DNA of 63,674 nucleotides, counting the filler. It is 6 parts of 6 records of this genome, joined end to end, with 100 filler letters (N's around TTAATTAATTAA, not from the genome) between each part and the next. Parts side by side here need not be neighbours in the genome. Positions count along the whole stretch, not along the records: positions 9,707 to 16,937 come from DRR723986_16492; positions 17,038 to 28,408 come from DRR723986_16502; 4 more parts are not named here. One strand, 5' to 3'. Below, piece after piece: positions 9,607 to 21,042 of this stretch. Under the pieces are notes generated by a model. The model was not told where the DNA came from and ran no database searches. It saw only the letters and a list, made by a program, of their open reading frames with translations. A program made the translations under genes and the position numbers. The first letter of the stretch is position 1. Every line of letters starts with the position of its first letter.

Positions 9607-9706
9607 NNNNNNNNNNNNNNNNNNNNNNNNNNNNNNNNNNNNNNNNNNNNTTAATTAATTAANNNNNNNNNNNNNNNNNNNNNNNNNNNNNNNNNNNNNN
9701 NNNNNN
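9607..9706. other. Artificial contig-joining spacer
   Basis: 44 N + TTAATTAATTAA (stops in all six frames) + 44 N; composition changes across it. Confidence 0.98.
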
Positions 9707-9759
9707 CCGTAACCCAGGGCCCGAAAGGCCCGCAGGCCGAAAACGTAACACCGCTTTAA
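9707..9759 (+). CDS. Cold-shock protein, C-terminal fragment (truncated by contig start)
   Basis: Translates to VTQGPKGPQAENVTPL*, the canonical Csp C-terminus. Confidence 0.85.
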
Positions 9760-9801
9760 GCTGTTATGTCAGCGTCCTGATGCCCCTCACGGGCAGAAAC
9801 A

Positions 9802-9837
9802 AGAAAGGCCGGCAGTCCCTGGATTGCCGGCCTTTCT
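9802..9837. terminator. Bidirectional terminator between csp and leuA
   Basis: AGAAAGGCCGGCAGTCC-CT-GGATTGCCGGCCTTTCT hairpin between convergent genes. Confidence 0.75.
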
Positions 9838-9859
9838 GTTGGTAGAAGGGATTATCCGC

Positions 9860-11554
9860 TCAGACAGTTTCTGCCGCTTCTGCAGAAACAGACTCGGACC
9901 GGCTACCATCGAGCACCTGAGCTACAGCCGAGAACAGGGCCTGCAATGTCGCCGAGGTAGTATCCTCCGCCAGGGCTGCCGCGCTGCAGTGCCTGCCATT
10001 AGCTGTCAGCCGGATACACGCCAGAGCATTGGCATTGGTACCTTCGCCCAGCGCGTACTCATCATAGGCTTCGACCGCCACCGAGACCCCAAACTGCCTG
10101 GACAGTGCGTCGGAAACCGCCTCAACGGCTCCCAGCCCTCGACCTTCCAGGGTAGCCGGAGCCGCATCGCCACCGACGACCACTTCGGCCCGCACACCAT
10201 TGTCATCCCGATGCAGGTCGTAGGAGCGAAGAGCCCAGTCGCTGTGTACTTTCAGATAACGCTCTTCAAACAGACGGTGGATAGTATGTGAATCGATCTC
10301 TCCACCATTGGTTTCAGCTTCGCGCTGGACCACCTTGCTGAACTCGATCTGCAGCCACCGCGGCAGGGTAATATCGTAGTCCCGCTCGAGTACGTAAGCG
10401 ACACCGCCTTTGCCGGACTGACTGTTGATACGAACCACTTCCTCGTATCGGCGCCCGACATCGAACGGGTCGATGGGCAGGTAAGCCACGTTCCAGGCAT
10501 CGCCCTCTTTCCGACGGGAGAGACACTTGCGAATGGCGTCCTGATGGCTGCCGGAGAAAGCGGTAAAGACCAGCTCACCGGCATAGGGATGACGCGGATG
10601 AGTGGAAATTTCGGTGCACGCCTCCACCACTTCGGTGATTTCGGCCATGCCGGACAGATCCAGAGCAGGGTCAATCCCCTGGGAATACAGGTTCATGGCC
10701 ATGGTGACCAGGTCCATGTTACCGGTGCGCTCGCCGTTGCCCATCAAGGTACCTTCCACCCGATCTGCCCCGGCCATCACGCCGAGTTCGGCAGCGGCCA
10801 CCGCGCAGCCCCGGTCATTGTGGGTATGCAGACTGATGCTGATGTGCTCCCGGTAGCGAATGTTGTCACAGATCCACTCCACCTGATCTGCGAAGACATT
10901 GGGCGTTGCCATTTCAACAGTCGCCGGCAGGTTAATGATAACCGGTTGCCCCTGGTCCGGGCGCCAGACATCGTTGACGGCATCAATCACACTGGCCGCA
11001 AAGTCCAGCTCCGTACCGGTAAAACTCTCTGGCGAATACTGGAAGGTCCACTCCGTGTCCGGATAGCGGGCGGCGATATCCCGCACGATGGTGGCGCCGT
11101 GGACCGCGATATCGCGGATACCGTCCCGGTCCAGACCGAACACCTGCTCCCTCTGCACGGTCGAGCTGGAATTGTAAACGTGAACAATCGCCCGTTTGGC
11201 GCCCTCAAGGGCCTGATAAGTCCGCTCGATCAATTCAGGGCGAGCCTGGGTCAGCACCTGGATCTTTACATCATCCGGAATCCTGTTTTCTTCGATCAGC
11301 TTGCGACAGAAATCAAAGTCCGGCTGGCTGGCTGCCGGGAAACCGATTTCGATCTCTTTGAAACCCAGCTTGACCAGCAAATCGAATAAGCGCTGCTTCT
11401 GGGCAACAGACATGGGTTTGACCAGGGCCTGGTTGCCGTCCCGAAGATCTACAGCGCACCAGGCCGGGGCTTTCTGGATAACCTGATCGGGCCAGCGACG
11501 GTCTTTCTTGGCGACCGGCTGGAAAGCAACGTATTTGCGATGGTCAAAAGCCAT
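9860..11554 (-). CDS. leuA: 2-isopropylmalate synthase (yeast-type LeuA)
   Basis: WCAVDLRDGNQAL, KEIEIGFP, NLPATVE, LHTHNDRG, GNGERTGN, FSGSHQDAI; start MAFDHRKY with GGAAGG RBS. Confidence 0.95.
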   Translation of the reverse strand: MAFDHRKYVAFQPVAKKDRRWPDQVIQKAPAWCAVDLRDGNQALVKPMSVAQKQRLFDLLVKLGFKEIEIGFPAASQPDFDFCRKLIEENRIPDDVKIQVLTQARPELIERTYQALEGAKRAIVHVYNSSSTVQREQVFGLDRDGIRDIAVHGATIVRDIAARYPDTEWTFQYSPESFTGTELDFAASVIDAVNDVWRPDQGQPVIINLPATVEMATPNVFADQVEWICDNIRYREHISISLHTHNDRGCAVAAAELGVMAGADRVEGTLMGNGERTGNMDLVTMAMNLYSQGIDPALDLSGMAEITEVVEACTEISTHPRHPYAGELVFTAFSGSHQDAIRKCLSRRKEGDAWNVAYLPIDPFDVGRRYEEVVRINSQSGKGGVAYVLERDYDITLPRWLQIEFSKVVQREAETNGGEIDSHTIHRLFEERYLKVHSDWALRSYDLHRDDNGVRAEVVVGGDAAPATLEGRGLGAVEAVSDALSRQFGVSVAVEAYDEYALGEGTNANALACIRLTANGRHCSAAALAEDTTSATLQALFSAVAQVLDGSRSESVSAEAAETV

Positions 11555-11696
11555 GATGAAAATTCCTTCCGATATCAAACAGTGATTGGAACACACACAG
11601 TGTAAAGGCTGGAGCGAGCTATTTGGTTGCCATTTTCTGGCCGCACGACCAGATAATGCCATATAATTTCATAAATTCTTAAATAAGAGACAGATA

Positions 11697-12194
11697 ATGC
11701 CCGATACCGAGAAAACGCTTGTCAAAATTGACAAGCTGGACCGAAAAATCCTCGAACAATTGCAAAAAGACGGCTCACTGACCAATCAGCAACTGGCCGA
11801 GAAAGTCGGGCTATCCCCTTCCCCCTGCCTTCGGCGAGTTCGCGCCCTCGAGGAGGCGGGCATTATCGTGCGAACGGTCACCATTCTGGATCACAAAAAA
11901 CTGGGGCTGTCGCTCACCGCCATTATTCTCATTGGCATGGACCGGCATACACCAGAGCGATTTGCCGCGTTTGAGGAACAGGTGGGGGAATACCCGGAGG
12001 TTCAGGAGTGTTATCTGATCACTGGTCAGAGTGCGGATTACATGCTCAAAGTGGTCGTGCCGGATATGGACCACTACCACCACTTCCTGTTAAACAGGAT
12101 AACCCGTATTCCCGGCGTTAGCGGTGTTCACTCCAGCTTTGTTCTCCGGCGCGTCATCGACAGCACCGCGCTGCCGCTGGGCTATTTGTCCTGA
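11697..12194 (+). CDS. Lrp/AsnC family transcriptional regulator
   Basis: DKLDRKIL, LAEKVGLSPSPCLRRVRALE, ECYLITG..DYMLKV. Confidence 0.93.
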   Translation: MPDTEKTLVKIDKLDRKILEQLQKDGSLTNQQLAEKVGLSPSPCLRRVRALEEAGIIVRTVTILDHKKLGLSLTAIILIGMDRHTPERFAAFEEQVGEYPEVQECYLITGQSADYMLKVVVPDMDHYHHFLLNRITRIPGVSGVHSSFVLRRVIDSTALPLGYLS

Positions 12195-12805
12195 GCCACC
12201 AGGTAGTCCAGATAAGCGCGGGCCATGGTTTTCATTTCCTGTACCAACAATACGCCCTGCTCATCCGGCAGGGTGGCCGCCAGCCGAAGAATCGTGCCGG
12301 CAGAACGGGGTAACAGCAAACTGGCTGTCCAGCGACGATCTGCCGGCAAATCGGGATACTCCTCCTGCAGACGGGCATCCAGGTCCCGGGCGTTGCTGTA
12401 GAGTTCGCGAAGATCCAGCTGCCTCAGTTCCGGCATGGCTTCCACACCGCTCCAGATCGCGGAATAGGCGGGCTCGGTGCGGTAGAAGTCGTAAAACAGA
12501 TCAATCAGGACATCCACCGCGTCGCTCAGGCTCAGCTGCGGGAGCTTGGCCCTCAGCGCCTGCTCCATCTTCTCAACATGTCGCTCCGCAATAGCATTGA
12601 CAATCGCCGCTTTATTCGGGAAATAGCGGTAAAGCGATGCCAGAGACATGCCGGACTGCCGGGCGATGGCCGACATACTGGTGCTGTCGACGCCCTGCTC
12701 GTGAAAGATCCCGGCAGCATGCTGCAGTATGGTGTTCACCCGTTCCCGGCTGCGGGCCTGAACCGGGCGCCGGCGGGGTGACACATCGATGGATTCGTCA
12801 GTCAT
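12182..12805 (-). CDS. TetR/AcrR family transcriptional regulator
   Basis: [32 protein letters not shown]; start placed at MTDES. Confidence 0.9.
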   Translation of the reverse strand: MTDESIDVSPRRRPVQARSRERVNTILQHAAGIFHEQGVDSTSMSAIARQSGMSLASLYRYFPNKAAIVNAIAERHVEKMEQALRAKLPQLSLSDAVDVLIDLFYDFYRTEPAYSAIWSGVEAMPELRQLDLRELYSNARDLDARLQEEYPDLPADRRWTASLLLPRSAGTILRLAATLPDEQGVLLVQEMKTMARAYLDYLVAQDK

Positions 12806-12931
12806 TATCTGTACCTTGTGATTCAGGCTCCGTACAATAACGCCCACTCTACGACAATGAAAGGCTGTGGCGGGCATCCCGCCTTGCCAATTAGTCTGAC
12901 TCCCACTTTTCTGATGACAGCGGAAGACACG

Positions 12932-14665
12932 ATGCGAGCGAGCCGTTACCTGATAGCTACCCAGAAAGAGACCCCTTCCGACGCCGAAATTATCAGCCAT
13001 CAGCTGATGCTGCGGGCGGGCATGATCCGTAAACTGGCCGCCGGCCTTTACACCTGGTTGCCGTTAGGGTTGCGCACCCTGCGTAAGGTGGAGCGAATCG
13101 TCCGTGAAGAAATGGACAAGAGCGGCGCCCAGGAAGTTCTGATGCCGGCGGTACAACCCGCCGAACTGTGGCAGGAATCCGGCCGCTGGGAACAGTACGG
13201 TGGAGAACTGCTGCGCCTGAACGACCGCCATGGCCGCGATTTCTGCTTCGGCCCTACTCATGAAGAAGTTATCACCGATCTGATCCGGAACGAACTGAAA
13301 AGCTACAAAGAGCTGCCGGCCAACTTCTACCAGATCCAGACCAAGTTCCGCGATGAGCGCCGGCCGCGGTTTGGCGTGATGCGCGCCCGCGAGTTCATCA
13401 TGAAGGATGCCTACTCGTTCCATCTGAACGCGGAATCCCTGGATGAAACCTATAAGGTGATGCACCAGACCTACTGCAACATTTTCGACCGGCTGGGGCT
13501 CGACTACCGCCCGGTACAGGCGGACTCCGGTTCCATTGGTGGCAGCTCCTCCCATGAATTCCACGTGCTAGCCTCCTCGGGCGAAGACGCCATCGTATTC
13601 AGCACCAGCGGTGACTACGCCGCCAACATCGAAAAAGCCGAAGCGGTAGCACCTGCCGGCGAGCGCCCTGCCCCCGGCGAGGAACTGAAAGAGGTTCATA
13701 CCCCGGGTCAACGCACCATCGACGCTGTTTCCCAGTTCCTGGGCCTGCCGGCTGAGCGCAGTGTGAAAACACTGCTGGTAAAGGCAGAGGCGGATGAGAA
13801 TGGTGAATCCGGCCTGGTGGCCCTGATTCTGCGCGGCGATCACACCCTGAATGAGATCAAGGCTGAGAACCTCCCCGGCATTGCCGAGCCGCTGACCATG
13901 GCAACCGACGAGGAAATCGAAAAAGCCATCGGCTGCAAACCAGGCTCCATCGGCCCGGTCAAGCTGCCGGTGCCGGTTATCGTGGATCGCAGCGCAGCAC
14001 ACCTGGCAGATTTTGTCTGCGGCGCCAACAAGGATGATTATCACCTGACTGGCGTAAACTGGGAACGTGATGCCGAAATCAGCCGTGTGGAAGATCTTCG
14101 CAATGTGGTCGAGGGCGATGCGAGCCCGGATGGGAACGGCACACTGGAGATCCGTCGCGGTATTGAAGTTGGCCACATTTTCAAGCTGGGCAACAAGTAC
14201 AGCAAGGCCATGAACGCCTCGGTTCTGGATGAACACGGCAAGACTTCGATAATGGAAATGGGCTGCTATGGTATTGGCGTTTCCCGCATCGTCGCGGCGT
14301 CCATCGAGCAGAACCACGACGAGAAGGGCATCATCTGGCCGGATGCCATCGCACCGTTCGAGGTGGCCATTGTTACCCTGAATGGCCACAAATCTCCGGT
14401 GGTGGCCGAGGCTGGCGACAAACTGTACGAACAGCTTCGCCAGGCTGGCTACGATGTTCTGCTGGACGACCGCAACGAACGCCCGGGTGTGAAATTCGCA
14501 GATATGGAGCTGATTGGCATCCCCCACCGCTTCGTGGTCTCAGAACGCGGCCTGAGCGCAGGAACCCTGGAATACAAGGGTCGGCGGGACGAGGAAAAAC
14601 AGGATATTCCTGTGGATGAGGCTCTGTCGTTCCTGGTGAAGGCGTCGCCCAAAGGCGGCTTGTAA
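12932..14665 (+). CDS. proS: Proline--tRNA ligase with INS editing domain
   Basis: [50 protein letters not shown]. Confidence 0.97.
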   Translation: MRASRYLIATQKETPSDAEIISHQLMLRAGMIRKLAAGLYTWLPLGLRTLRKVERIVREEMDKSGAQEVLMPAVQPAELWQESGRWEQYGGELLRLNDRHGRDFCFGPTHEEVITDLIRNELKSYKELPANFYQIQTKFRDERRPRFGVMRAREFIMKDAYSFHLNAESLDETYKVMHQTYCNIFDRLGLDYRPVQADSGSIGGSSSHEFHVLASSGEDAIVFSTSGDYAANIEKAEAVAPAGERPAPGEELKEVHTPGQRTIDAVSQFLGLPAERSVKTLLVKAEADENGESGLVALILRGDHTLNEIKAENLPGIAEPLTMATDEEIEKAIGCKPGSIGPVKLPVPVIVDRSAAHLADFVCGANKDDYHLTGVNWERDAEISRVEDLRNVVEGDASPDGNGTLEIRRGIEVGHIFKLGNKYSKAMNASVLDEHGKTSIMEMGCYGIGVSRIVAASIEQNHDEKGIIWPDAIAPFEVAIVTLNGHKSPVVAEAGDKLYEQLRQAGYDVLLDDRNERPGVKFADMELIGIPHRFVVSERGLSAGTLEYKGRRDEEKQDIPVDEALSFLVKASPKGGL

Positions 14666-14674
14666 CCTTGATCA

Positions 14675-14712
14675 AACTCACCGGGAGACTGCCTTCAGTC
14701 TCCCGGTGAGTT
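14675..14712. terminator. Long hairpin between convergent proS and murB
   Basis: AACTCACCGGGAGACTG-CCTT-CAGTCTCCCGGTGAGTT, a perfect 17-bp stem. Confidence 0.7.
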
Positions 14713-14729
14713 AACGACGTCTCCGCAGA

Positions 14730-15761
14730 TCAGGCGTTGCCCACGATCCCCGGCTCCATCTCCAGCTCAACGCCGAATTTCTCAAGCACAGACTGGCGCA
14801 CGTCATCAGCCAGAGACAGCACATCCTGGCCAGTTCCACCGGAATGATTGATCAGCACCAGCGCCTGGCGGTTGTGAACCCCCACCCGACTGTTGCGAAA
14901 CCCTTTCCATCCGGCCTGATCAATAAGCCAGGCTGCCGCCAGTTTGATCTGACTATCAGCAGGATAGAACACAACGTCCGGAAACCGGGCCTGAAGCTCC
15001 CGGAACTGAGGCAATCCGATTACCGGGTTCTTGAAGAAACTGCCCACATTCGGCAATACCGCAGGATCCGGCAGTTTGCGATGACGGACAGCCATCACGC
15101 CCTCGGCCACCGCCAGGGGTGTTAACTCAGCCTCGTTAACGTCGCCAAAGTAATCCTGAAGATCCCGATAACCAATCTTCAAAGGCGCATTACGGGACAA
15201 CCGGAGCCGGATTTCAAGGATGATGTAGAGGCCCGGCCGGTGCTTGAACAGGCTGTCGCGATAACCGAATTCGCAGGCGCTTGCAGGCAGGGTTTCAACC
15301 TTCAGAGTCTGGCGGTTCAGTACCGTGACACTGTCAAGACAGTCACCCAATTCGGTGCCATAAGCCCCGATGTTCTGTACCGGGGCGGCACCGGCGGTGC
15401 CCGGGATCAACGCCAGGTTCTCGATCCCGCGATAACCGGAACGGGCGGCGTAAAGCACAGCCTCGTGCCAGTTCTCACCGGCTTTCAACACCAGTACCGC
15501 GCCGTGATCGTCTACCTGCTCCCAGCTTCGGCCACGCAGTGCCATCCGGATGACCAGGCCGGGATAATCGCCGGCAAACACCAGATTACTGCCACCGCCC
15601 AGTACCAGAATGGACTGTTCGTGGTTACAGGCCCAGGAAAGCGCCTGTTTGAGCTGATCCGGATTTTCGACCTCCACCAGGTATCGGGCCGTTACCGGCA
15701 CAGCCAGGGTATTCAATCCCTGAAGGCTGGCCCACTCCTGAATCTGCAGATCCTGACTCAA
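14730..15761 (-). CDS. murB: UDP-N-acetylenolpyruvoylglucosamine reductase
   Basis: LGGGSN, ENLALIPGTAGAAPVQNIGAYG, FGYRDSLFK, GSFFKNP, QALVLIN. Confidence 0.96.
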   Translation of the reverse strand: MSQDLQIQEWASLQGLNTLAVPVTARYLVEVENPDQLKQALSWACNHEQSILVLGGGSNLVFAGDYPGLVIRMALRGRSWEQVDDHGAVLVLKAGENWHEAVLYAARSGYRGIENLALIPGTAGAAPVQNIGAYGTELGDCLDSVTVLNRQTLKVETLPASACEFGYRDSLFKHRPGLYIILEIRLRLSRNAPLKIGYRDLQDYFGDVNEAELTPLAVAEGVMAVRHRKLPDPAVLPNVGSFFKNPVIGLPQFRELQARFPDVVFYPADSQIKLAAAWLIDQAGWKGFRNSRVGVHNRQALVLINHSGGTGQDVLSLADDVRQSVLEKFGVELEMEPGIVGNA

Positions 15762-16243
15762 GCCAGCCGCCCCCGGATTTCGTCCAGGAGGCCGGAACTG
15801 GCGTCATGAATCAGATCAAGCACGTGCTCAAATCCATCCTCTCCGCCGTAGTAAGGATCCGGCACCTCGGCCAACCGGGAGTCACCGAAATCCAGAAACA
15901 AGCGCGGCTCCGTGCCCCCATTCTGGTGCCAGACCTCTCGAACATCCGCGAGATTAGACCGATCCATCACCAGAACATAGTCAAATTGATCCAGATCTTC
16001 TGCACGGAACTGGCGGGCACGAAGGTCGCTGATGTCGATACCACGGCGCGCCGCGGCGGCAGTTGCCCGCTCGTCCGGAGATTTACCGATATGCCAGTTG
16101 CCGGTGCCGCAGGAATCAATATTCAGTCTGTCGAACAGGCCTTGTTCCCGGGCGAGGTGGCGAAAAACGCCCTCAGCACTGGGAGAACGACAGATATTGC
16201 CCAGGCAGACAAACAGCACGCTTACACGATCAGCCACGGGCAC
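15758..16243 (-). CDS. Low-molecular-weight protein-tyrosine phosphatase
   Basis: [10 protein letters not shown] and DPYYGG. Confidence 0.95.
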   Translation of the reverse strand: MPVADRVSVLFVCLGNICRSPSAEGVFRHLAREQGLFDRLNIDSCGTGNWHIGKSPDERATAAAARRGIDISDLRARQFRAEDLDQFDYVLVMDRSNLADVREVWHQNGGTEPRLFLDFGDSRLAEVPDPYYGGEDGFEHVLDLIHDASSGLLDEIRGRLA

Positions 16244-16937
16244 CCCCTTTTTCCATCAGCGCCCGCAGACGGGCCAGATCCTCTTCGGTATCTACCCCCG
16301 GAGCAGGAGGCCGGTCCGCCACATCCACATGAATAAGAGCGCCGTTATAGAGTGCCCGCAACTGTTCCAGGGATTCCACCCGTTCGGTGGGGGCCGCCAG
16401 CCAGGTAACAAACTCACTGAGCACACTGGCACGATAACCATAGATGCCAATGTGCCTGAAATAGCCGATGCCATCCGGAAGGTCCACGTCCTGGGTAGCA
16501 GCCCCCGCTGGCCAGAAGTCCCTGGCCCAGGGAATCGGTGCCCGACTGAAATAATGAGCCATGCCCCGGGCATCGAACACCACTTTCACAGCATTGGGGT
16601 TGAACACCTGGCGGGCATCGTGAATCCGCTCGCACAGTGTTGCGATGGCGGCCTCCTGGTACTGTTCAAGGTTATCGGCAACCTGATTGATCAGTTCAGG
16701 CGGTATCAGAGGTTCGTCCCCCTGAACGTTGACCACGCGATGATCCGGATCCAGCTGCAGCTTCCTCGCCACTTCTTCAAGGCGGTCTGTGCCACTGGCA
16801 TGATGGGGCGAGGTCATGATGACTTCTACACCAAAACCAAGACACGCCTCCTCGATACGGGCATCGTCGGTCGCGACCACCACGCGGCTGGCGCGGCTCT
16901 CATTCGCCCGCTCGCAGACATGCTGGATCATCGGCTT
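16230..16937 (-). CDS. kdsB: 3-deoxy-manno-octulosonate cytidylyltransferase (5' truncated)
   Basis: [35 protein letters not shown]. Confidence 0.95.
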   Translation of the reverse strand, partial: KPMIQHVCERANESRASRVVVATDDARIEEACLGFGVEVIMTSPHHASGTDRLEEVARKLQLDPDHRVVNVQGDEPLIPPELINQVADNLEQYQEAAIATLCERIHDARQVFNPNAVKVVFDARGMAHYFSRAPIPWARDFWPAGAATQDVDLPDGIGYFRHIGIYGYRASVLSEFVTWLAAPTERVESLEQLRALYNGALIHVDVADRPPAPGVDTEEDLARLRALMEKGGARG

Positions 16938-17037
16938 NNNNNNNNNNNNNNNNNNNNNNNNNNNNNNNNNNNNNNNNNNNNTTAATTAATTAANNNNNNN
17001 NNNNNNNNNNNNNNNNNNNNNNNNNNNNNNNNNNNNN
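16938..17037. other. Artificial contig-joining spacer
   Basis: 44 N + TTAATTAATTAA + 44 N. Confidence 0.98.
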
Positions 17038-17174
17038 GAGGTCGGGCGTCAGCCCGGGAGAGGGTTCCTCAAGCATTCCCACTGCGCCCCTGCGCCGACC
17101 GCGGCTATCGAGACAACGAGCCCCTGCAAAAACCGGCCGCACGGCCACGCCCGGTAGCCAAGCCATCAGAAGCC

Positions 17175-17450
17175 CTACCAGGCCCCGAAGATGGAAATGT
17201 AAATGGCTGCACCGATGAGACCGACTCCGCCGATAAGCCTGACGGCGGAATTGAGTGTCGCTGCGCCGCCGCTTAGCTTGTTTCCATACTTATCCTTCGT
17301 AGTGCCCGACCTAAGGCCGATCACGCCAAAGTAAAAGAGGGCTAAACCAAGTACACCCATACCCGCGGCCAGAACAAGTGGGTTTTCTCGTAGCCATTGA
17401 TTTGCCGCGCTATCTCGGTCGGCAAGAAGTAGCTCACGGAACGGTGACAT
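17175..17450 (-). CDS. Small two-TM membrane protein of unknown function
   Basis: 91 aa, two hydrophobic helices flanking GTTKDKYG. Confidence 0.65.
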   Translation of the reverse strand: MSPFRELLLADRDSAANQWLRENPLVLAAGMGVLGLALFYFGVIGLRSGTTKDKYGNKLSGGAATLNSAVRLIGGVGLIGAAIYISIFGAW

Positions 17451-18006
17451 CGAATCGGTCCAATCTGTTCTAAGGTATCTACAGCAAACACAACTACAAC
17501 AAGTGCAATCTCTGGGGCGTTCACTTGTGATGACTCAGAGCAACAACGTGTTGTGCTTCCTGAGTCAATCGACTTCGGTGGAGTATAGTTTTCATAGCAG
17601 TCGCCAAGCAAGTAGTGACTCGCTGCAACTGACAGTAATCGCTGCTAGTCGATCAAAGCCCACGCGTTAAACCTGAGTTTGCGTCGCCAGCTCACAGTCA
17701 AACGATCGCCGGTTCCTAAGATCCCTCACCGTTCTGCGCACAGACTTACACGCAGTCCGATGACATTGGCAAAGATGTTTGTAGCCGTGAATCGTGCTGC
17801 TCGAATAAACTCCGTGCCCCTGTGCCTCCGTGAGCGTTTCACCCGAGTACACGGCCAATTGCTGGTCATCAGGCACGGGAGCCGATCGATCGTCGCTTCC
17901 TAAGATCTCATGCCTTGCTGCGTCTCTCCCCAGCGAAGGCTCTCAACATCGAGCAAGATGTTCCCGCGAATAGACCACGCAAGAGATCAGGTCCCCGTGC
18001 TGGTGG

Positions 18007-19218
18007 TTACCCGTCGAGTGCGTCCGAGAACCGCTGCAACAGCCAGTTCGTGGGCTCGATTCCGCAAGAAATCCGTATCGTTCTTGGCGTAATGCCAAGA
18101 CTACTCTGCTGCTCGGGCGATAGAGATCGGTGGCTGGTCGAATGTGGATGCGAAACTGTGGTGACCGTGTCTCCGAGCGACGGGACAAAGCCAATTTCAG
18201 GCGCCAACCTCTCGAAGAAACTTTCGGCGGACTCAACCGCCCCATTCTCATCCAGCTCAGCAGACAGCATCCACCCATAGCCGCCAGTGAGCATCTCGGT
18301 TGCAAGCTCATGTTGGGGATGCGACTCGAGACCGGGGTAAGCAACGCTGGCGATTGCGGGTTGCTCGGCCAGGAACTCAGCAAGTGCCTGAGCATTCTGG
18401 CAGCTACGCTCCATCCGAACACTCAGCGACATCAGACTTCGTTGTGTTAAGTAGCAATCGAGCGGGCTGCTTGCCATTCCAAAAGTGCCGATGGTCGCTT
18501 TGATTTCGGCAACCAGCTCAGCATCTTGACCAACCAGCAGCCCAAGCATGGTGTCTGAGTGGCCGTTAACAATCTTCCCGAGGCTCTCGACAACTAGATC
18601 GGCACCAAGGGACAGTGGCGGACAGACGAGATGACTTGCAAAGGTGTTGTCCACCATCAGTTTGCCACCCGCCGCATGTACCTTTTCCGCGACCAAGGCA
18701 ACATCGGCGACGCGAATGCATGGATTGGTGATTGTTTCAATAATTGCCAGGCTGCACTTCCCCAGCGTTGCAACGCGATCAATGTCGGATCTGTCGGTCG
18801 CATCGAACTGTTCTACGTGGATGCCCCATTTCTTCATGTCGCTGTGAAGCAGCCGGTGCGTTCGGCCGTACAATTCCGTTCCAGCCCAAACCGTGTCGCC
18901 CGGCTTTAACATGGCCAGGAAGGCGGCGGAGATAACACTCATTCCCTGTGCGCCCAGTGCAGCAGCTTTGCCACCATGCAACTGACACAGTCGCTGGGCG
19001 AGCGTTCGATCGTTTGGATGTCCATCGCGACGGTAAACGAAACGATCGGTTCGACCCGCTAGGGCGGCATCCGCATCCTCGGGAGACTGCATCCGCCAAA
19101 CACTCGACAGGGAAATCACGTCACTCTGGGGCAAGTCGACGTTCGGCGCCTCAGCGTGCAAAGCGGACAACTCCTGCTCGTCCGGCCAGTGTTTGTTGGG
19201 GCGTTTCAGTTCGCTCAT
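18007..19218 (-). CDS. Trans-sulfuration PLP enzyme (cystathionine gamma-synthase/lyase family)
   Basis: YRRDGHP, ETITNP, VDNTFAS, ESLGKIVNGHSD, YPGLESHP, SLGD, IRISCGIE. Confidence 0.88.
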   Translation of the reverse strand: MSELKRPNKHWPDEQELSALHAEAPNVDLPQSDVISLSSVWRMQSPEDADAALAGRTDRFVYRRDGHPNDRTLAQRLCQLHGGKAAALGAQGMSVISAAFLAMLKPGDTVWAGTELYGRTHRLLHSDMKKWGIHVEQFDATDRSDIDRVATLGKCSLAIIETITNPCIRVADVALVAEKVHAAGGKLMVDNTFASHLVCPPLSLGADLVVESLGKIVNGHSDTMLGLLVGQDAELVAEIKATIGTFGMASSPLDCYLTQRSLMSLSVRMERSCQNAQALAEFLAEQPAIASVAYPGLESHPQHELATEMLTGGYGWMLSAELDENGAVESAESFFERLAPEIGFVPSLGDTVTTVSHPHSTSHRSLSPEQQSSLGITPRTIRISCGIEPTNWLLQRFSDALDG

Positions 19219-19224
19219 CGTGAC

Positions 19225-20415
19225 CTAGCTGTCCTTGTACTCGCACAGACCCAATGGCATTTCATCCTTTGGATCGACTACCCGCAGCGCCCTCTTCCCA
19301 GTGAAGATTTCATGCAAGGGTTCACCTGCAAGCTCTTTGCGCCAACCGGTCAGAAGCAGAGGCATGTCGCCGCCGCTGATCTTATTGCCACGCATCCAGT
19401 AACCGAGAAGTTTGCCGACATCGTCACTGGTTCCAACAATCGTTGTTGCAATTTGGTTCGTACGACAAAGAAAAGACAGTGCTGCGGTCATAAACTGCTG
19501 CAACAGTGCCGGTGGACGCCCTTGGCTAGAGTTTCTGGACCACGGAGCTGTTGGCGGCTTTCCTTCCTGCCCACGTCGGACGCATTCGGCAATCTCCGGC
19601 AAGAAACGCTGGAAACCGCTGTGATGAAGTCCGCGAATCTGTCCGATGCGCCGCGTATCGGTAACGCCACGTCGAGATAGTTCGATAATCAGGTCGTCGC
19701 GCAGGACCCGGCGAGCGGGCATGTCGCGCTGACGAGCACGGTCGTCGCGCCATCTCCAAAGCTCCCTGCAAGCGCCGAGTTGCTTGCCGCGCAAGGATTG
19801 AACGCCCGACAGGCGGCTCCATCCCTCTTGCTGCTGCGTCTCGAGCAGGTTCGTTTGACGCCGGTGCAATTCGTCTTCAAGCCATTCCAATCGCGACGCG
19901 GCCTTCAGTTGCTCGGTTAGGATGTCGTACATTCGTGGCAGATGGAGGACATCGATTGCCGCGTAATCCAGTTGAGCAGCCGAGAGCGGTCGTTCTCTCC
20001 AGTCGGTGCGAGTTTCCCCTTTGGGAGCTGTTTCGCCGACCAGTCGCTGAAGTAGTTTGCCGTAGGAGGCCGGGAACTCTCCACCGAGCAATCCCGAGGC
20101 AACTTGGATGTCGAACAGTCTAGTGATCGGCTTGCCTGTAACGCGAAAGGCGAACAGGATCTCCTCGCGACCCGCGTGCACGATGACCGTACGTTCACCG
20201 TCGGTCATCAATTCCCACAATGGAGTGACATCGAGCCCATGACGGGGATCGACGATGAAGACTTCTTCACGGGTTGAAACTTGCAACAGACATAAATCGG
20301 GCTGATAACAGTCTTCCGCTACAAATTCGGTGTCCATTCCGATCACATCAGCGGCAGCAACGGCGTCTATGGTTGCTTGGAGCTGAGCGTCATTCTCAAC
20401 GAGCGTATAATCCAC
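19225..20415 (-). CDS. rnd: Ribonuclease D (DEDDy exonuclease + HRDC)
   Basis: MDTEF, LCLLQV, FDIQVA, TDWRERPLS..QLDYAAIDV, HRDC region, LLTGWR. Confidence 0.92.
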   Translation of the reverse strand: MDYTLVENDAQLQATIDAVAAADVIGMDTEFVAEDCYQPDLCLLQVSTREEVFIVDPRHGLDVTPLWELMTDGERTVIVHAGREEILFAFRVTGKPITRLFDIQVASGLLGGEFPASYGKLLQRLVGETAPKGETRTDWRERPLSAAQLDYAAIDVLHLPRMYDILTEQLKAASRLEWLEDELHRRQTNLLETQQQEGWSRLSGVQSLRGKQLGACRELWRWRDDRARQRDMPARRVLRDDLIIELSRRGVTDTRRIGQIRGLHHSGFQRFLPEIAECVRRGQEGKPPTAPWSRNSSQGRPPALLQQFMTAALSFLCRTNQIATTIVGTSDDVGKLLGYWMRGNKISGGDMPLLLTGWRKELAGEPLHEIFTGKRALRVVDPKDEMPLGLCEYKDS

Positions 20416-21042
20416 GCGTACTTAGCTTTGGGGTATGTGATAAATGAGTTGGAATCAGCAGGCAGGCATATTGTCGACTGATTCTCGTTTCTTTTGCGAG
20501 CACTTAATTTACCACGAACATCGCCCCACCCAAATGACCCCTTTTCCGAAGGGGCCTCCGTTCAAATTCCTGCCATGACGCACAGCCACGCGTTCTTGCT
20601 GTGCCAAAGAAGCCTTTCAACCGCTTTAAGTCTGCTGTGCAGCTACCTTACGACTCCTCTCGACTCAACACCGCAAGCTGACCAACTAGCTGTCCCCTCG
20701 GCGGTCAATCACTTTTCGAAGTCAGCTCGACTGACCGACGACTGTTTTTTGTGTAAGCCATTTCGCTTCTATCATGCCGTTCAAAGAAAACGGCGGAAAA
20801 AGTGAATCCCGAGAGGCCTTTGCTAACTTTTCTTGGGTTTGCCATCCTCTAACATACGTGTGAGCACGCGACTGACTTTCTCGCAGATGTGAGCCATCTT
20901 TGTTCTCACGGAAAGAACAAAGCATGCGGTCAGTTCGTATGTCGAACGAAACTTTACGGTGCTAGCAGATTTGTGAGCGCCGACCGATTGTCCCCCCGCA
21001 GGATTCCTTCCTGCAAAGTTAAGATCTCTTAAGGAGAAGCTG

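Noticed and set aside
9651-9662. TTAATTAATTAA repeated five times in the window
   Set aside because: Assembly linker flanked by Ns, not a biological repeat
11555-11662. N-terminal extensions of leuA, and likewise of TetR, proS, rpsB and the T9SS protein, in the ORF track
   Set aside because: Downstream ATGs have better RBS or family-typical starts; the extensions overlap promoters or neighbouring genes
17667-17876. 69-aa ORF with a His/Cys cluster (HLCQCHRTAC)
   Set aside because: GTG start without a clear RBS and competing ORFs on the other strand; cannot be supported
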